64,000 bases of DNA. Origin: a bacterium. GTDB taxonomy: Bacteria > Patescibacteriota > Patescibacteriia > Magasanikbacterales > GWA2-37-8. Shown here piece after piece: positions 28,043 to 37,600 of the stretch. The stretch lies in NCBI GenBank assembly GCA_043810165.1, contig JBDROJ010000023.1, positions 4,675 through 68,674 on the forward strand, written 5' to 3'. A program made the position numbers and the translations under genes. The notes below the pieces were generated by a model. That model did no database searches, was not told the origin of the DNA, and worked only from the letters and a program-made list of their open reading frames with translations. How positions within the stretch are numbered: position 1 is the first letter of the stretch; each line of letters starts with the position of its first letter.

Positions 28043-29002
28043 TTATTTTTCCTCCCACTTATTAATATACTCTATTGAGGCCAATCCGGCAATGATGCCT
28101 TGGCCTGTGGCGATTCCGATTTGATTATATGGCACGTCAGTTACATCGCCTGCCGCAAAAATCCCCGGACAGCTTGTACTGCATTTTTTATCTACAATTA
28201 TTTGTCCGCCACTATCAAGTTCAACACAAGTGGTAAAATGGGAATTAGGAATTTGCCCGATATGTACCATTACGCCTTTGACATCCAGAGTTTTTTCTTG
28301 TTCATTGGTTAGATCTTTGTACTTTAATCCTGTAACAAATGTATCCCCTATAATTTCAGTGGTTATGGCATTGTAAATCACTTCAATTTTTTCGCGTGCT
28401 TTAACTTTATCTATTAATATATTTTCTCCTGGTGGAAAACCTCCATTATTTTCTTCAGTATTGGAATATTTACTAAGCAAGTAAACCTTATCAGATATTT
28501 CGGCCATCATCAGGGCTGATTCCAGGGCGCTATTACCTGATCCGACCGTGGCAGTGGTTTTGTTTTTGTATAAGGGGCCATCACAGACAGTACAGTATGT
28601 TACACCCTTGCCTCGGTATTCTTCTTCGCCAGGTATTTTTAAATATCTTGGCCTGATGCCACTAGCGATAACAACGGCTTTGGCTTGATATTCTTTTTTT
28701 TCTTGTTCACTGCCAATTTTTTCAGCTGTGATTATATGGTAATTTTTAGTTGGCTGTATATCAGTTACGCGCCAGCCCTGATCTATCTTTGGGTTGTAGC
28801 TTTTAATGTGTTCGGAAAATTTTTGAGCTAATTCATATCCTTGGATGCTTATAATTCCTGGCCAATTGCCAACTTCGCCCGATAAAGCCACCTCACCGCC
28901 CATATCTTTGGTGACAATTTGAAAATTCAAATTTCGGCGAGCCGCATAAATGGCTGAGCTGATTCCAGCTGCTGATCCCCCGATGATTAATAGGTCAAGC
29001 AT
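28043..29002 (-). CDS. trxB: Thioredoxin reductase-like FAD oxidoreductase
   Basis: IIGGSAAG, YCTVCDG, VGSGNSA, FAAGDVT. Confidence 0.85.
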   Translation of the reverse strand: MLDLLIIGGSAAGISSAIYAARRNLNFQIVTKDMGGEVALSGEVGNWPGIISIQGYELAQKFSEHIKSYNPKIDQGWRVTDIQPTKNYHIITAEKIGSEQEKKEYQAKAVVIASGIRPRYLKIPGEEEYRGKGVTYCTVCDGPLYKNKTTATVGSGNSALESALMMAEISDKVYLLSKYSNTEENNGGFPPGENILIDKVKAREKIEVIYNAITTEIIGDTFVTGLKYKDLTNEQEKTLDVKGVMVHIGQIPNSHFTTCVELDSGGQIIVDKKCSTSCPGIFAAGDVTDVPYNQIGIATGQGIIAGLASIEYINKWEEK

Positions 29003-29009
29003 ATTTGAT

Positions 29010-29651
29010 TTAACTAGATATTAATTTTTTAACCGCTTCTTTTATATTATCAGCGCCCATTAAAGCACTGCCCACATTGAATATTTCCACTCCCCAGGAT
29101 TTTACTTCAGCAATAGTGTTTTGATTAATTCCGCCATCCACGGCTATTACTGGGTGGTTTGGTATTTTTGCAAATTCAATTATTTTGCTTTTCATTTCAG
29201 GCAGGAAAGGTGATCCTTGCCGGCCTGGATAAACAGTCATGAATAGAACTTGATCAATTTGACCTAGGTAAGGTTCTAATATCGCAATAGGTGTATCAGG
29301 ATTAAGAGCGATTCCTGCTTGCCAGTTGTTTTGTTTTATCTGTTTAATTACTTGGATTGGATCATCTTGGGATTCAATATGAAATACTACTCGAAAGACG
29401 TTTTTTATTGATTTCCATTGCTTTAATTCATTGAGAGGGTGATTGACCATCAAATGTAATTCATAATTTAAATACTGATTTAAATACTGATTTAAATCAG
29501 TATTTTCTTCCGCATGATTAAATGATTTATTGGGAACAAAATCACCATCCATTATATCCAATTGTATGTAATCAAAGAGCCGTTCCACTTGTTTAAGTTG
29601 TTTTTCTAGTTGATCGTAGTTGTCTACTAATATTGTCGGAACTATTTTCAT
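29010..29651 (-). CDS. rpe: Ribulose-phosphate 3-epimerase
   Basis: DIMDGDFVPN, HLMV, MTVYPG..G, VDGGI. Confidence 0.93.
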   Translation of the reverse strand: MKIVPTILVDNYDQLEKQLKQVERLFDYIQLDIMDGDFVPNKSFNHAEENTDLNQYLNQYLNYELHLMVNHPLNELKQWKSIKNVFRVVFHIESQDDPIQVIKQIKQNNWQAGIALNPDTPIAILEPYLGQIDQVLFMTVYPGRQGSPFLPEMKSKIIEFAKIPNHPVIAVDGGINQNTIAEVKSWGVEIFNVGSALMGADNIKEAVKKLISS

Positions 29652-29653
29652 AG

Positions 29654-30097
29654 CTAGTTTTCCAATTCTTCTATTTTCTTATTTCTCCTTATTAATCTTG
29701 GATCAGCTTCAAATGCGGTTGTTAAGAATTTTTTGATAATTGCACCCGCGTGATCTTCGGTTAATACTCTGCCGGCTAGGCAAAGTACATTTGCATTATT
29801 ATGCTGGCGCGCCAGTTGCGCTCCTTCAATACTATAACCAATAACCGCGCGTACGCCTTTGATTTTATTGGCTGTAATGCACATGCCGTGGCCACTACCG
29901 CAAATTAATATACCGCGGTTGGTTTTGTCTTCGGATACTTTTTTTGACAAAGGAATGGCAAAATCGGGGAAGTCGTCTGTTTGGTTGAATTCAGCCGGAC
30001 CCATGTCTTGAAAATCAATCTTCATCTGATTTTCTAAATATTTCACCAGGTATTTTTTTAGTTTAAAACCAGCATGGTCAGAGGCAATATATATCAT
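29654..30097 (-). CDS. rpiB: Ribose-5-phosphate isomerase B
   Basis: IASDHAG, LICGSGHG, ANKIKGVRA, HNNAN; start MIYIASD. Confidence 0.95.
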   Translation of the reverse strand: MIYIASDHAGFKLKKYLVKYLENQMKIDFQDMGPAEFNQTDDFPDFAIPLSKKVSEDKTNRGILICGSGHGMCITANKIKGVRAVIGYSIEGAQLARQHNNANVLCLAGRVLTEDHAGAIIKKFLTTAFEADPRLIRRNKKIEELEN

Positions 30098-30249
30098 AGG
30101 TTTAAAATTAGATGTATGGATATTATAACTGTTTTGGCAATTGTTGGCAAATGGCATAAGATTGTTTATATTTAGCAAATAATTTAGCAAATAATTGACT
30201 TTTTTGCTTAGATTAGGTATTATTTAAGTTATAAATTAATAAATTATTT

Positions 30250-33228
30250 ATGCCATATAATGCTAATGAAAACGAAAATAAAATACTAAAATACTGGGAA
30301 AATCATGATTGTTTTGCCAAATCTGTGGATCAGCGTCCGGCTGACAAGCCTTATGTTTTTTATGACGGCCCTCCTTTTGCCACCGGTTTGCCCCATTACG
30401 GGCATATTTTAAGTTCGGTTGTTAAAGATGTAGTGCCTCGTTATTGGACAATGAAAGGCTATAAAGTAAGGCGTAGATGGGGTTGGGACTGCCATGGCAT
30501 GCCAATTGAAAATATCATTGAAAAAGAACTGGGCATTTCCGGTAAAAAAGATATTGAAGATAAAATTGGAGTGGAAAAATTCAACCAGGCCTGCGGTTCA
30601 AAAGTGCTGTTGTATACTCAAGAATGGAAAAAAATGATAGACCGCATCGGCCGTTGGATTGAATTTGATAATTCATACAAGACCATGGATTCCACCTATA
30701 TGGAATCTGTATGGTGGGCTGTGAAAAATATTTGGGATAAGGGTTTGATTTATGAAGGCAGAAAAGTCTTGATGTATTGTCCGCGTTGCGAAACCCCGGT
30801 TTCAAAAGCCGAAGTGGCCATGGATAATAGTTATAAAGATATTACAGAAGAGTCAGTTATTGTAAAATTTGAGGTTAAGAATGACCAGAAGAGCAGGATT
30901 TTAGATAAATCACTTATAAATAATAATTTATATATCTTAGCTTGGACAACTACCCCCTGGACTTTGCCGGGTAATGTGGCTTTGGCAGTGGGTGAAGATA
31001 TTGATTATGTGGTTTGTCAGGCCGAAGCGCTTGGTACTCTATATATATTGGCCAAAGATAGAGTTGAGGAAATAATGAAAGACAAAAAATATAAAATAAT
31101 TAAACAGATAAAAGGCAAAGACCTGGCAGAAATTGAATATGAGCCATTATATGAAATTGAAAGTGTAAAAGATTCTGCACAAAAAGCATGGTATGTGGCC
31201 ATAGCCGATTTTGTCACCACCGAAGACGGCACAGGCGTAGTGCATACGGCTGCAATTTATGGTGAAGACGACTATGGATTAAGCCAGGAGATTGGATTGC
31301 CAACGGTTCCTACTTTGGATGAACGAGGCCATTTTAATGATCAAGCTCCGGAATTTATTAAAGGCAGGTATTTTAAACTGGCGGAAAAAGATATTAAAAA
31401 AGACCTGGAAGATAGAGGATTATTATTTGAAAAAAAGAATTACACTCATTCGTATCCGCATTGTTGGCGTTGTGAAACTCAATTATTTTACAATGCTATT
31501 TCAGCATGGTTTATCAATGTGCAAAAGGTGAAAAAGCGTTTGATTAAATTGAATGAAAAGATTAATTGGTATCCAGAACATTTGAAGCACGGCCGTTTTT
31601 TGAATATTTTGGAAACTGCTCCGGATTGGAATATATCCCGCAATCGTTATTGGGCCACGCCTCTGCCATTTTGGAAATGTGATGACCAAGATTGCAATCA
31701 AGTTGAATGTATCGGCAGTGTAGAAGATTTAAAGAATAAAGCGGTTAATTTTTTTGAGGTTTATGATAACGACGAAGTGGAAAAAATGGACTTGCACAAG
31801 CATGAAATGGATAGGATCAAATTAAAATGTTCCAAATGCAATGGACAAATGACAAGAATACCAGAAGTAATTGACTGCTGGGTTGAATCTAGTTCAATGC
31901 CTTTTGCAGAGTTTCATTATCCTTTTGAAAATAAAGAGGTATTTGAACAAAGATTTCCGGGTCAGTATATTGGCGAATATATTGGCCAAGTCCGCGCATG
32001 GTTTTATTATATGCATGTGATGTCAGTGTTGTTATTTGATAATGCCAGTTTTGAAAATTGTGTGGTTACAGGAAATATATTAAATGAAAAGGGAGAAAAA
32101 TTATCCAAATCAAAGCAGAATTATACTGATCCGTGGGAGATCATTAAAGAGTATGGAGTGGATGCTCTGCGTTATTATTTAATGACCAATGTGGTGATGA
32201 ACGCTGAAGACCTATTTTTCAACGACCATGAGTTGCGCGATGTTTACAACAAAGTCATTAATATGACTTCAAATGTGCTTTTATTTTACAAGATGTATGA
32301 AGATGATACTTTCATTTCAAGCGAGCCCGTTCGGCAGGCTCAGGGCAGGCTCCGCGAGTTGAGAGATCCCGCGAATATATTAGATAAATGGATATTGGCC
32401 AAGTTGCAAGAGCTGGTTAGAGATGTTACTGAGAATATGGATAATTACAATACTGTAAAAGCAGGCCGGCCAATCAAAGAATTTATCACCGAATTATCCC
32501 AATGGTATGTGCGTCGTTCCCGCAATCGTTTTAAAATTGGCGACGAGCAAGATAAACAAATGGCCATTGCCACATTAAAGGAAGTGTTGTTGACGTTGGC
32601 AAAGGTTATGGCACCATTTACTCCGTTTATTGCTGAAAAAATATATTTAGAAATTGGCGGAGACTTGGAAAGCGTACACTTGGAGGATTGGCCAAAAGTT
32701 AATGGCCGGTTAGCATATGAAGAGGTTGTAAAAAATATGGATTTGGTTCGTAAAATTGTGGAAATGAGCCTGTCTTTACGCGCTGAAGTTGGAATTAAAG
32801 TCAGACAACCATTAAATAGACTATCTGTCATATCCAAATTACCAGAGGAATTATTAGATGTTATTGCTGAAGAGATAAATGTTAAAGAAGTTGTAGTTGT
32901 TCAAGATATTAAAGAAGACCTGGTTAAAGAAGATGGAGAATTAAAAGTGGGATTGGATACTGAAATCACCGAAGAATTGAAAAAAGATGGATTGGCGCGC
33001 GAAATTATTCGGGCTGTTAATCAAATTCGCAAAGAAAATAAGTTAAGTATTGATAAAAAAGTGATAGTTGAATACGCTACGGATGATGAACTACTAAAAA
33101 CAGTGTTTACCGGATATGCTGAAGAATTAAAAAAGAATACAGCTACCAGTGAATTTAAAACAGGCCAAGATGGAGTGGAAAAAGATATTAATGGAAATAA
33201 AATTAAATTAAAGGTGATTGAAGTTTAA
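30250..33228 (+). CDS. ileS: Isoleucine-tRNA ligase, type 2
   Basis: DGPPFATGLPHYGH, WTTTPWTLP, WNISRNRYW, KLSKS. Confidence 0.97.
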   Translation: MPYNANENENKILKYWENHDCFAKSVDQRPADKPYVFYDGPPFATGLPHYGHILSSVVKDVVPRYWTMKGYKVRRRWGWDCHGMPIENIIEKELGISGKKDIEDKIGVEKFNQACGSKVLLYTQEWKKMIDRIGRWIEFDNSYKTMDSTYMESVWWAVKNIWDKGLIYEGRKVLMYCPRCETPVSKAEVAMDNSYKDITEESVIVKFEVKNDQKSRILDKSLINNNLYILAWTTTPWTLPGNVALAVGEDIDYVVCQAEALGTLYILAKDRVEEIMKDKKYKIIKQIKGKDLAEIEYEPLYEIESVKDSAQKAWYVAIADFVTTEDGTGVVHTAAIYGEDDYGLSQEIGLPTVPTLDERGHFNDQAPEFIKGRYFKLAEKDIKKDLEDRGLLFEKKNYTHSYPHCWRCETQLFYNAISAWFINVQKVKKRLIKLNEKINWYPEHLKHGRFLNILETAPDWNISRNRYWATPLPFWKCDDQDCNQVECIGSVEDLKNKAVNFFEVYDNDEVEKMDLHKHEMDRIKLKCSKCNGQMTRIPEVIDCWVESSSMPFAEFHYPFENKEVFEQRFPGQYIGEYIGQVRAWFYYMHVMSVLLFDNASFENCVVTGNILNEKGEKLSKSKQNYTDPWEIIKEYGVDALRYYLMTNVVMNAEDLFFNDHELRDVYNKVINMTSNVLLFYKMYEDDTFISSEPVRQAQGRLRELRDPANILDKWILAKLQELVRDVTENMDNYNTVKAGRPIKEFITELSQWYVRRSRNRFKIGDEQDKQMAIATLKEVLLTLAKVMAPFTPFIAEKIYLEIGGDLESVHLEDWPKVNGRLAYEEVVKNMDLVRKIVEMSLSLRAEVGIKVRQPLNRLSVISKLPEELLDVIAEEINVKEVVVVQDIKEDLVKEDGELKVGLDTEITEELKKDGLAREIIRAVNQIRKENKLSIDKKVIVEYATDDELLKTVFTGYAEELKKNTATSEFKTGQDGVEKDINGNKIKLKVIEV
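32312..32369. repeat. Palindromic element inserted in frame within ileS
   Basis: GC-rich TCATTTCAAGCGAGCC-CGTTCGGCAGGCTCAGGGCA-GGCTCCGCGAGTTGAGAGATCC, translating ISSEPVRQAQGRLRELRDP. Confidence 0.6.
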
Positions 33229-33252
33229 AAGAATATAAAATAAGGAGAGGGT

Positions 33253-33492
33253 ATAAAATTTGAAGTTGATCAGTCTATTAGGATTGAACAATCAAAGAAA
33301 GATAGTTATCTTGCCTTGGCAAATAGAAACATTTCTATTGCCATATGTATAACATCTTTGTTTATTGGTTTTGGGCAGATATGTAAGAAATCCCCGGCAC
33401 ATTTAGTAGCTTATGATTCGTTTAAAAAGAATAGAAGAGTAGAAAGAATTGTCAGTTTTTTAGAAATGAAAAAATATATAATAAAAAAATGA
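33253..33492 (+). pseudogene. Degraded DUF3800-like/RNase H-fold protein
   Basis: SD AAGGAG then ATA: IKFEVDQSIRIEQSKKDSYLALAN...FGQICKKSPAHLVAY...; start codon lost and core apparently deleted; family call from memory. Confidence 0.45.
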
Positions 33493-33555
33493 CCCAGAAC
33501 TGTTACACCCTTGCACTTATGTCAAGCGATTCACAGCCCTACAGGGTCACTTCTT
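33483..33555 (-). ncRNA. Candidate ~70-nt hairpin sRNA convergent with the pseudogene
   Basis: TTGACA-16-TATCTT upstream; GTGACCC...GGGTCAT closing stem plus U-tract; inner GGGCTGT/ACAGTTC. Confidence 0.5.
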
Positions 33556-33590
33556 ATTAAGATAATAACATTTAATTAATTGTCAAACAT

Positions 33591-34556
33591 ATGTTAACAG
33601 TAAAACAAATTTTTGAGTTGGGAATACAAATGGGAATTAAAGCCGATCCAAGGGGTATGAACGGAGTTAAGGAATACTTGGAACGGATAAAAAAGGGATA
33701 TGGTGATTTAAAGCCCAAAGACAAGAAATATTTTGACAAGGAGAGATTGGTTAATCCTTATTCAGATAGTCAAATTCATTTAAGCGATGGGAAAACCACA
33801 GTCAAACGAGTGATGGCCGGTATAGATATTGATGAAGGAGAAATTTTGTTAGCCAGTCAATTGAATGAAAGAGATAAAAAAATAGATCTGGTAATTTCTC
33901 ACCATCCCATTGGAAAAGGTTTGGCTGACCTGCATGCAGTTATGGATTTGGTGGTTGAAATTTATGAGCAGAATGGCGTGCCCGTGCATGTGGCTGAGAA
34001 ATTGATGGAAGAGAGGATTAAAGAGGTTGGCAGAGGCGTGCATCCGGTTAATCATTATCAAGTTATTGATATTGCGCGTTTATTGAAGTTAAATTTAATT
34101 AATACTCATACTATTACTGATAATCTGGTCAATGATTACCTGGTTAAGTATTTAGCTAAGAAAAAACCGCGTACAATCGGAGATTTGGTCGATGCTTTAT
34201 TGGAAATTCCAGAATATGATGAAGCTAAAAAGCGAGGAGCCGGGCCAAGTATTTTCGCTGGTGACCCAAGACATCGCGTGGGTAAATATTTAATGGAGAT
34301 GACCGGTGGTACTAGCCCGTCTGATAAAGTTTATAAAGAGTTGTCGCGATATGGTATCAGCACTGTGGTGGGCATGCATATGAGGGATGCGGCCAGAGAA
34401 AATGCCAGTGAACATCATATGAATGTTGTGATTGCAGGTCATATTGCTTCTGATTCTTTGGGCATGAATTTATTTTTGGATGAATTGGAAAAAAATGGAA
34501 TTGATGTTGTGCCAGTGGGAGGGTTGATCCGTATCAGTAGAGTGAAGAAGAAATAG
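33591..34556 (+). CDS. NIF3 (NGG1p-interacting factor 3) family protein
   Basis: MAGIDID, ISHHP, HTITDN, IAGHIASDSLG. Confidence 0.9.
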   Translation: MLTVKQIFELGIQMGIKADPRGMNGVKEYLERIKKGYGDLKPKDKKYFDKERLVNPYSDSQIHLSDGKTTVKRVMAGIDIDEGEILLASQLNERDKKIDLVISHHPIGKGLADLHAVMDLVVEIYEQNGVPVHVAEKLMEERIKEVGRGVHPVNHYQVIDIARLLKLNLINTHTITDNLVNDYLVKYLAKKKPRTIGDLVDALLEIPEYDEAKKRGAGPSIFAGDPRHRVGKYLMEMTGGTSPSDKVYKELSRYGISTVVGMHMRDAARENASEHHMNVVIAGHIASDSLGMNLFLDELEKNGIDVVPVGGLIRISRVKKK

Positions 34557-34572
34557 AATATAATTTTTTTAT

Positions 34573-34762
34573 TATCTCAGATAAATACCAAGTTTTTATT
34601 GATATGTATCTTAAATTAGTCGAGATAGATATTGATTTATAAAGCGCCAACCGCATCCCGACTGGGTCGGGATGATGTCCGACCAAATGTAGGGCTAAAT
34701 CTTGGCGCAAGTAAATCAATATCTATGAGAATAATTTGAAAACTTGGTATTTATCCGAGATA
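34573..34762. other. 190-nt nested inverted repeat (MITE-like or structured ncRNA)
   Basis: Outer arms 34573-34596/34739-34762, inner arms 34625-34650/34702-34726, hairpin 34654-34674. Confidence 0.75.
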
Positions 34763-34771
34763 TATCCACTT

Positions 34772-35344
34772 ATGATTTCATATATTCAGGGAAAAATAAT
34801 TGAAAAAAGTTTATCTGCTCTAACGGTTTTAACTTCTGGTGGGGTAGGTTATGATGTAAGCATAAAGCCGACTGCTTTGGACAAATATAAGATAGGTGAT
34901 GAAGTGCAGATGCCGACTTTTTTGGCAGTGGGCGAAAGCATGCTTGATTTATATGGTTTTGAAAATTCAGCAGAACGAGAGTTGTTTATTCACTTTAAAA
35001 GCGTGTCTGGAATTGGACCTAAATCAGCTTTGCATTTATTGTCTTTGGGCACGGTTGAAGAGATAACAGGCGCCATCAGTGCCGGAGATGTTGAATATTT
35101 GACCAAAGTCAGCGGAGTGGGGAGGAAAACCGCTGAACGCGTGGTAGTGGAATTAAAATCAAAGATGGGAGATATGACCTTGGGCAGTTTAAGCCCGCAG
35201 AATGAGAGTCTTGGAGACGTTGTTGATGGTTTGGTGGCCATGGGATATTCTATGTTGCAAGCCAGAGAATCTGTAAGATCTTTGCAAGCAGACGGAAAGA
35301 GTACAGAACAGATCATGAGGGAGGCTCTGCAGAAAATGAAGTAG
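34772..35344 (+). CDS. ruvA: Holliday junction branch migration protein RuvA
   Basis: GGVGYDV, LYGF, VSGIGPKSA, GVGRKTAERVVVELK. Confidence 0.96.
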   Translation: MISYIQGKIIEKSLSALTVLTSGGVGYDVSIKPTALDKYKIGDEVQMPTFLAVGESMLDLYGFENSAERELFIHFKSVSGIGPKSALHLLSLGTVEEITGAISAGDVEYLTKVSGVGRKTAERVVVELKSKMGDMTLGSLSPQNESLGDVVDGLVAMGYSMLQARESVRSLQADGKSTEQIMREALQKMK

Positions 35345-35359
35345 AATTGTAAGATATAT

Positions 35360-35392
35360 AAAAAATCGCCCGAATTCAATCCGGGCGATTTT
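35360..35392. terminator. Bidirectional terminator ruvA/pyrF
   Basis: AAAATCGCCCG...CGGGCGATTTT. Confidence 0.8.
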
Positions 35393-35406
35393 AAATTGCC
35401 GTGTTT

Positions 35407-36177
35407 TTATTGTGATGATCGTTGTTGGTATGCTTTCCAGCCAGCCTCACGATATTTTTTTGCTTCGGCTAGTGGGTCGTCAGCTTGATAGATTCCGCGA
35501 CCCACAATGATAATATCACTTCCTTGATTTGTAATGACTTTTTCCGGCGTATTGTATTGTTGACCTAGATCATCTTCTCCGACAGCCATTTTAACTCCGG
35601 GTGTAAAGTTGATAAAACTAGGATCATCAATCAATTTACGCATGGTAATAAAGCCAATCACGAAATCTTTATTGTCCCGGGCCATTTTTAAAGTTTCTTC
35701 AGTATAACTTCCTTTGGCTAGATTGCCTTGAGAACTCATCTCGGCCAAGAGTAATAGTGCTCGTCCTTTGTGCATGCCGACTTCTTTGAGGCCTTCAATA
35801 ATTCCAGGTCCTGGTACTGTATGAGTATTAATGATATGCGACCAATCAGCAATATGATAAATGCCGTCTTGATATTGATGTTTGACTGTATTACCAATAT
35901 CGGCGAATTTACGATCTTCAAATAATAAAAATTCATGTTCTTCAGCCAATCGTTGAAGTTCAATGACCAGATCCATATCAAAGTCTTCAATAATATCAAT
36001 ATGGGTTTTTAGCACGCAAATTTCCGGACCCAAGTCTTGAGCAATTTTAATTAATTCGGATTTGGTTGTAACGTCGGCGGCAATACATAGATTGGTTTGT
36101 TTTTTTTCCATTAAATTAAGAAGAATTTTGGCAGTTTGATTTATGCACTGTTGGGCACGTTCAGCATAAGTGGCCAT
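35407..36177 (-). CDS. pyrF: Orotidine-5'-phosphate decarboxylase (Ura3/UMPS-like)
   Basis: [35 protein letters not shown]. Confidence 0.97.
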   Translation of the reverse strand: MATYAERAQQCINQTAKILLNLMEKKQTNLCIAADVTTKSELIKIAQDLGPEICVLKTHIDIIEDFDMDLVIELQRLAEEHEFLLFEDRKFADIGNTVKHQYQDGIYHIADWSHIINTHTVPGPGIIEGLKEVGMHKGRALLLLAEMSSQGNLAKGSYTEETLKMARDNKDFVIGFITMRKLIDDPSFINFTPGVKMAVGEDDLGQQYNTPEKVITNQGSDIIIVGRGIYQADDPLAEAKKYREAGWKAYQQRSSQ

Positions 36178-36181
36178 AATG

Positions 36182-36787
36182 TTATTTTTTAACTTGATTT
36201 TCTTGAATAAATTTTATGGTGTTGTCATAAGCGATCTGATCAATTTTTTGATTTTCTAATAAAGTGTTTAACAGTTCGGTCATAGTGAATACCGTATGTA
36301 GATAATAGCCCTTATTGGCCAGGTTTTCTTTTCCTCCTTGTTCACGATCCAATAGCACTACGACATCAGTGACTTTTAAGCCCTCATGTTCGGTTGGTTC
36401 TATGGTTTCAATTACACTAGAGCCACTGGTAACCAGATCTTCTATAATTAAACAATTTTGTCCAGGTTCAAATACTCCTTCAATGGCTTTTTTAGTGCCA
36501 TAGTCTTTAACTTCTTTACGGCGCATTACCATTGGCTTGTTATGTTCTAAAGATATGGCTGTGGCAATCGGCAAGGCAGTATATGGCACACCCGAGATTA
36601 GATCAAAATTTAGATTTTTTACTTTTCCCCACATGATTTCTCCTATTGCTTTTAGAATTTCCGGATAAGAAATGGTTACGCGCAGATCAATATATATAGG
36701 CGACATGATTCCGCTCTTGAGTTTGAATTCGCCGAATTTTAAGGCGTTAATTTCATGGAGCTTAAGAATTAGTTCTTTTGTATCCAT
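36182..36787 (-). CDS. pyrE: Orotate phosphoribosyltransferase
   Basis: [34 protein letters not shown]. Confidence 0.97.
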   Translation of the reverse strand: MDTKELILKLHEINALKFGEFKLKSGIMSPIYIDLRVTISYPEILKAIGEIMWGKVKNLNFDLISGVPYTALPIATAISLEHNKPMVMRRKEVKDYGTKKAIEGVFEPGQNCLIIEDLVTSGSSVIETIEPTEHEGLKVTDVVVLLDREQGGKENLANKGYYLHTVFTMTELLNTLLENQKIDQIAYDNTIKFIQENQVKK

Positions 36788-36798
36788 ATATTTTTTTG

Positions 36799-37599
36799 TT
36801 AGAAGTTAATAATTTTTCCGCTTTTATCACGGTGGTATTTTCCAAATTCAGTTATTTGATTAGCCAGTTCACGTTTAACCACTGGTCCATGTGTACACAT
36901 GCAAATACCCAGAGGATCAACCGCACATTGGCCACAGATGCCGTATCCGCATTTCATATAGCGTTCAATACTAACCTCACAATCCACATCATATTGATTG
37001 CATAAGTCAAGCACTTTTTTTTCCATTAGTTCAGGGCCACAGGTGCAAACCAGAGTTTTTTGATCATTGTTTTCGCATAGTAGAGAATTTAAGATGTCTG
37101 TAACATAACCGTGGTGGCCTTGGCTTCCGTCGTCAGTAGAAATGTGTAGCTTGGTGTTTGGTGTTTTATTAATTTTGTCTTCAAATAATAGCAAGTTTTT
37201 GCTTCGAGCGCCAATTAAAAAATCTATATTAGATCCTTGCTGGGCTACTTGTTCAGATAAATTATTTAGTGGAGCGGCGCCATATCCGCCAGCTACCATA
37301 ATATAGTGTGTGTTAGGTTTGATTGAGAAGTTGGTTCCGTATGGTCCTGTAATACCAGCTCGGTCGCCAACATTCATGTCAAATAGTTTTTCAGTTAAAG
37401 GTCCTCGTTTAAAAATAGTCAAACCAAATTTTTCGCCGTCATCGTGAGCGATAGAAAAAGGTTTTTGGTCTATTCCAGGTATCCAGAGCATTACAAATTG
37501 GCCAGGCTGGCTTTTTAATTGGTAATCAAAATAAAAAGTTTTGACTTGGGGATTTTCGTCAACTATCTCAGTAATTTTTATGTGTTTTGGTTGGTCCAT
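36799..37599 (-). CDS. pyrK: Dihydroorotate dehydrogenase electron-transfer subunit
   Basis: PGQFVM, AGGYGAAP, CGP, MKCGYGICGQC. Confidence 0.95.
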   Translation of the reverse strand: MDQPKHIKITEIVDENPQVKTFYFDYQLKSQPGQFVMLWIPGIDQKPFSIAHDDGEKFGLTIFKRGPLTEKLFDMNVGDRAGITGPYGTNFSIKPNTHYIMVAGGYGAAPLNNLSEQVAQQGSNIDFLIGARSKNLLLFEDKINKTPNTKLHISTDDGSQGHHGYVTDILNSLLCENNDQKTLVCTCGPELMEKKVLDLCNQYDVDCEVSIERYMKCGYGICGQCAVDPLGICMCTHGPVVKRELANQITEFGKYHRDKSGKIINF

Positions 37600-37600
37600 A

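Noticed and set aside
29468-29497. LNQY tandem repeat in rpe
   Set aside because: A simple 12-bp slippage duplication in a loop; no sign of phase variation
30100-30249. T-box or attenuator before ileS
   Set aside because: Short AT-rich divergent promoter region with only a 12-bp tandem duplication; no T-box motif or leader peptide
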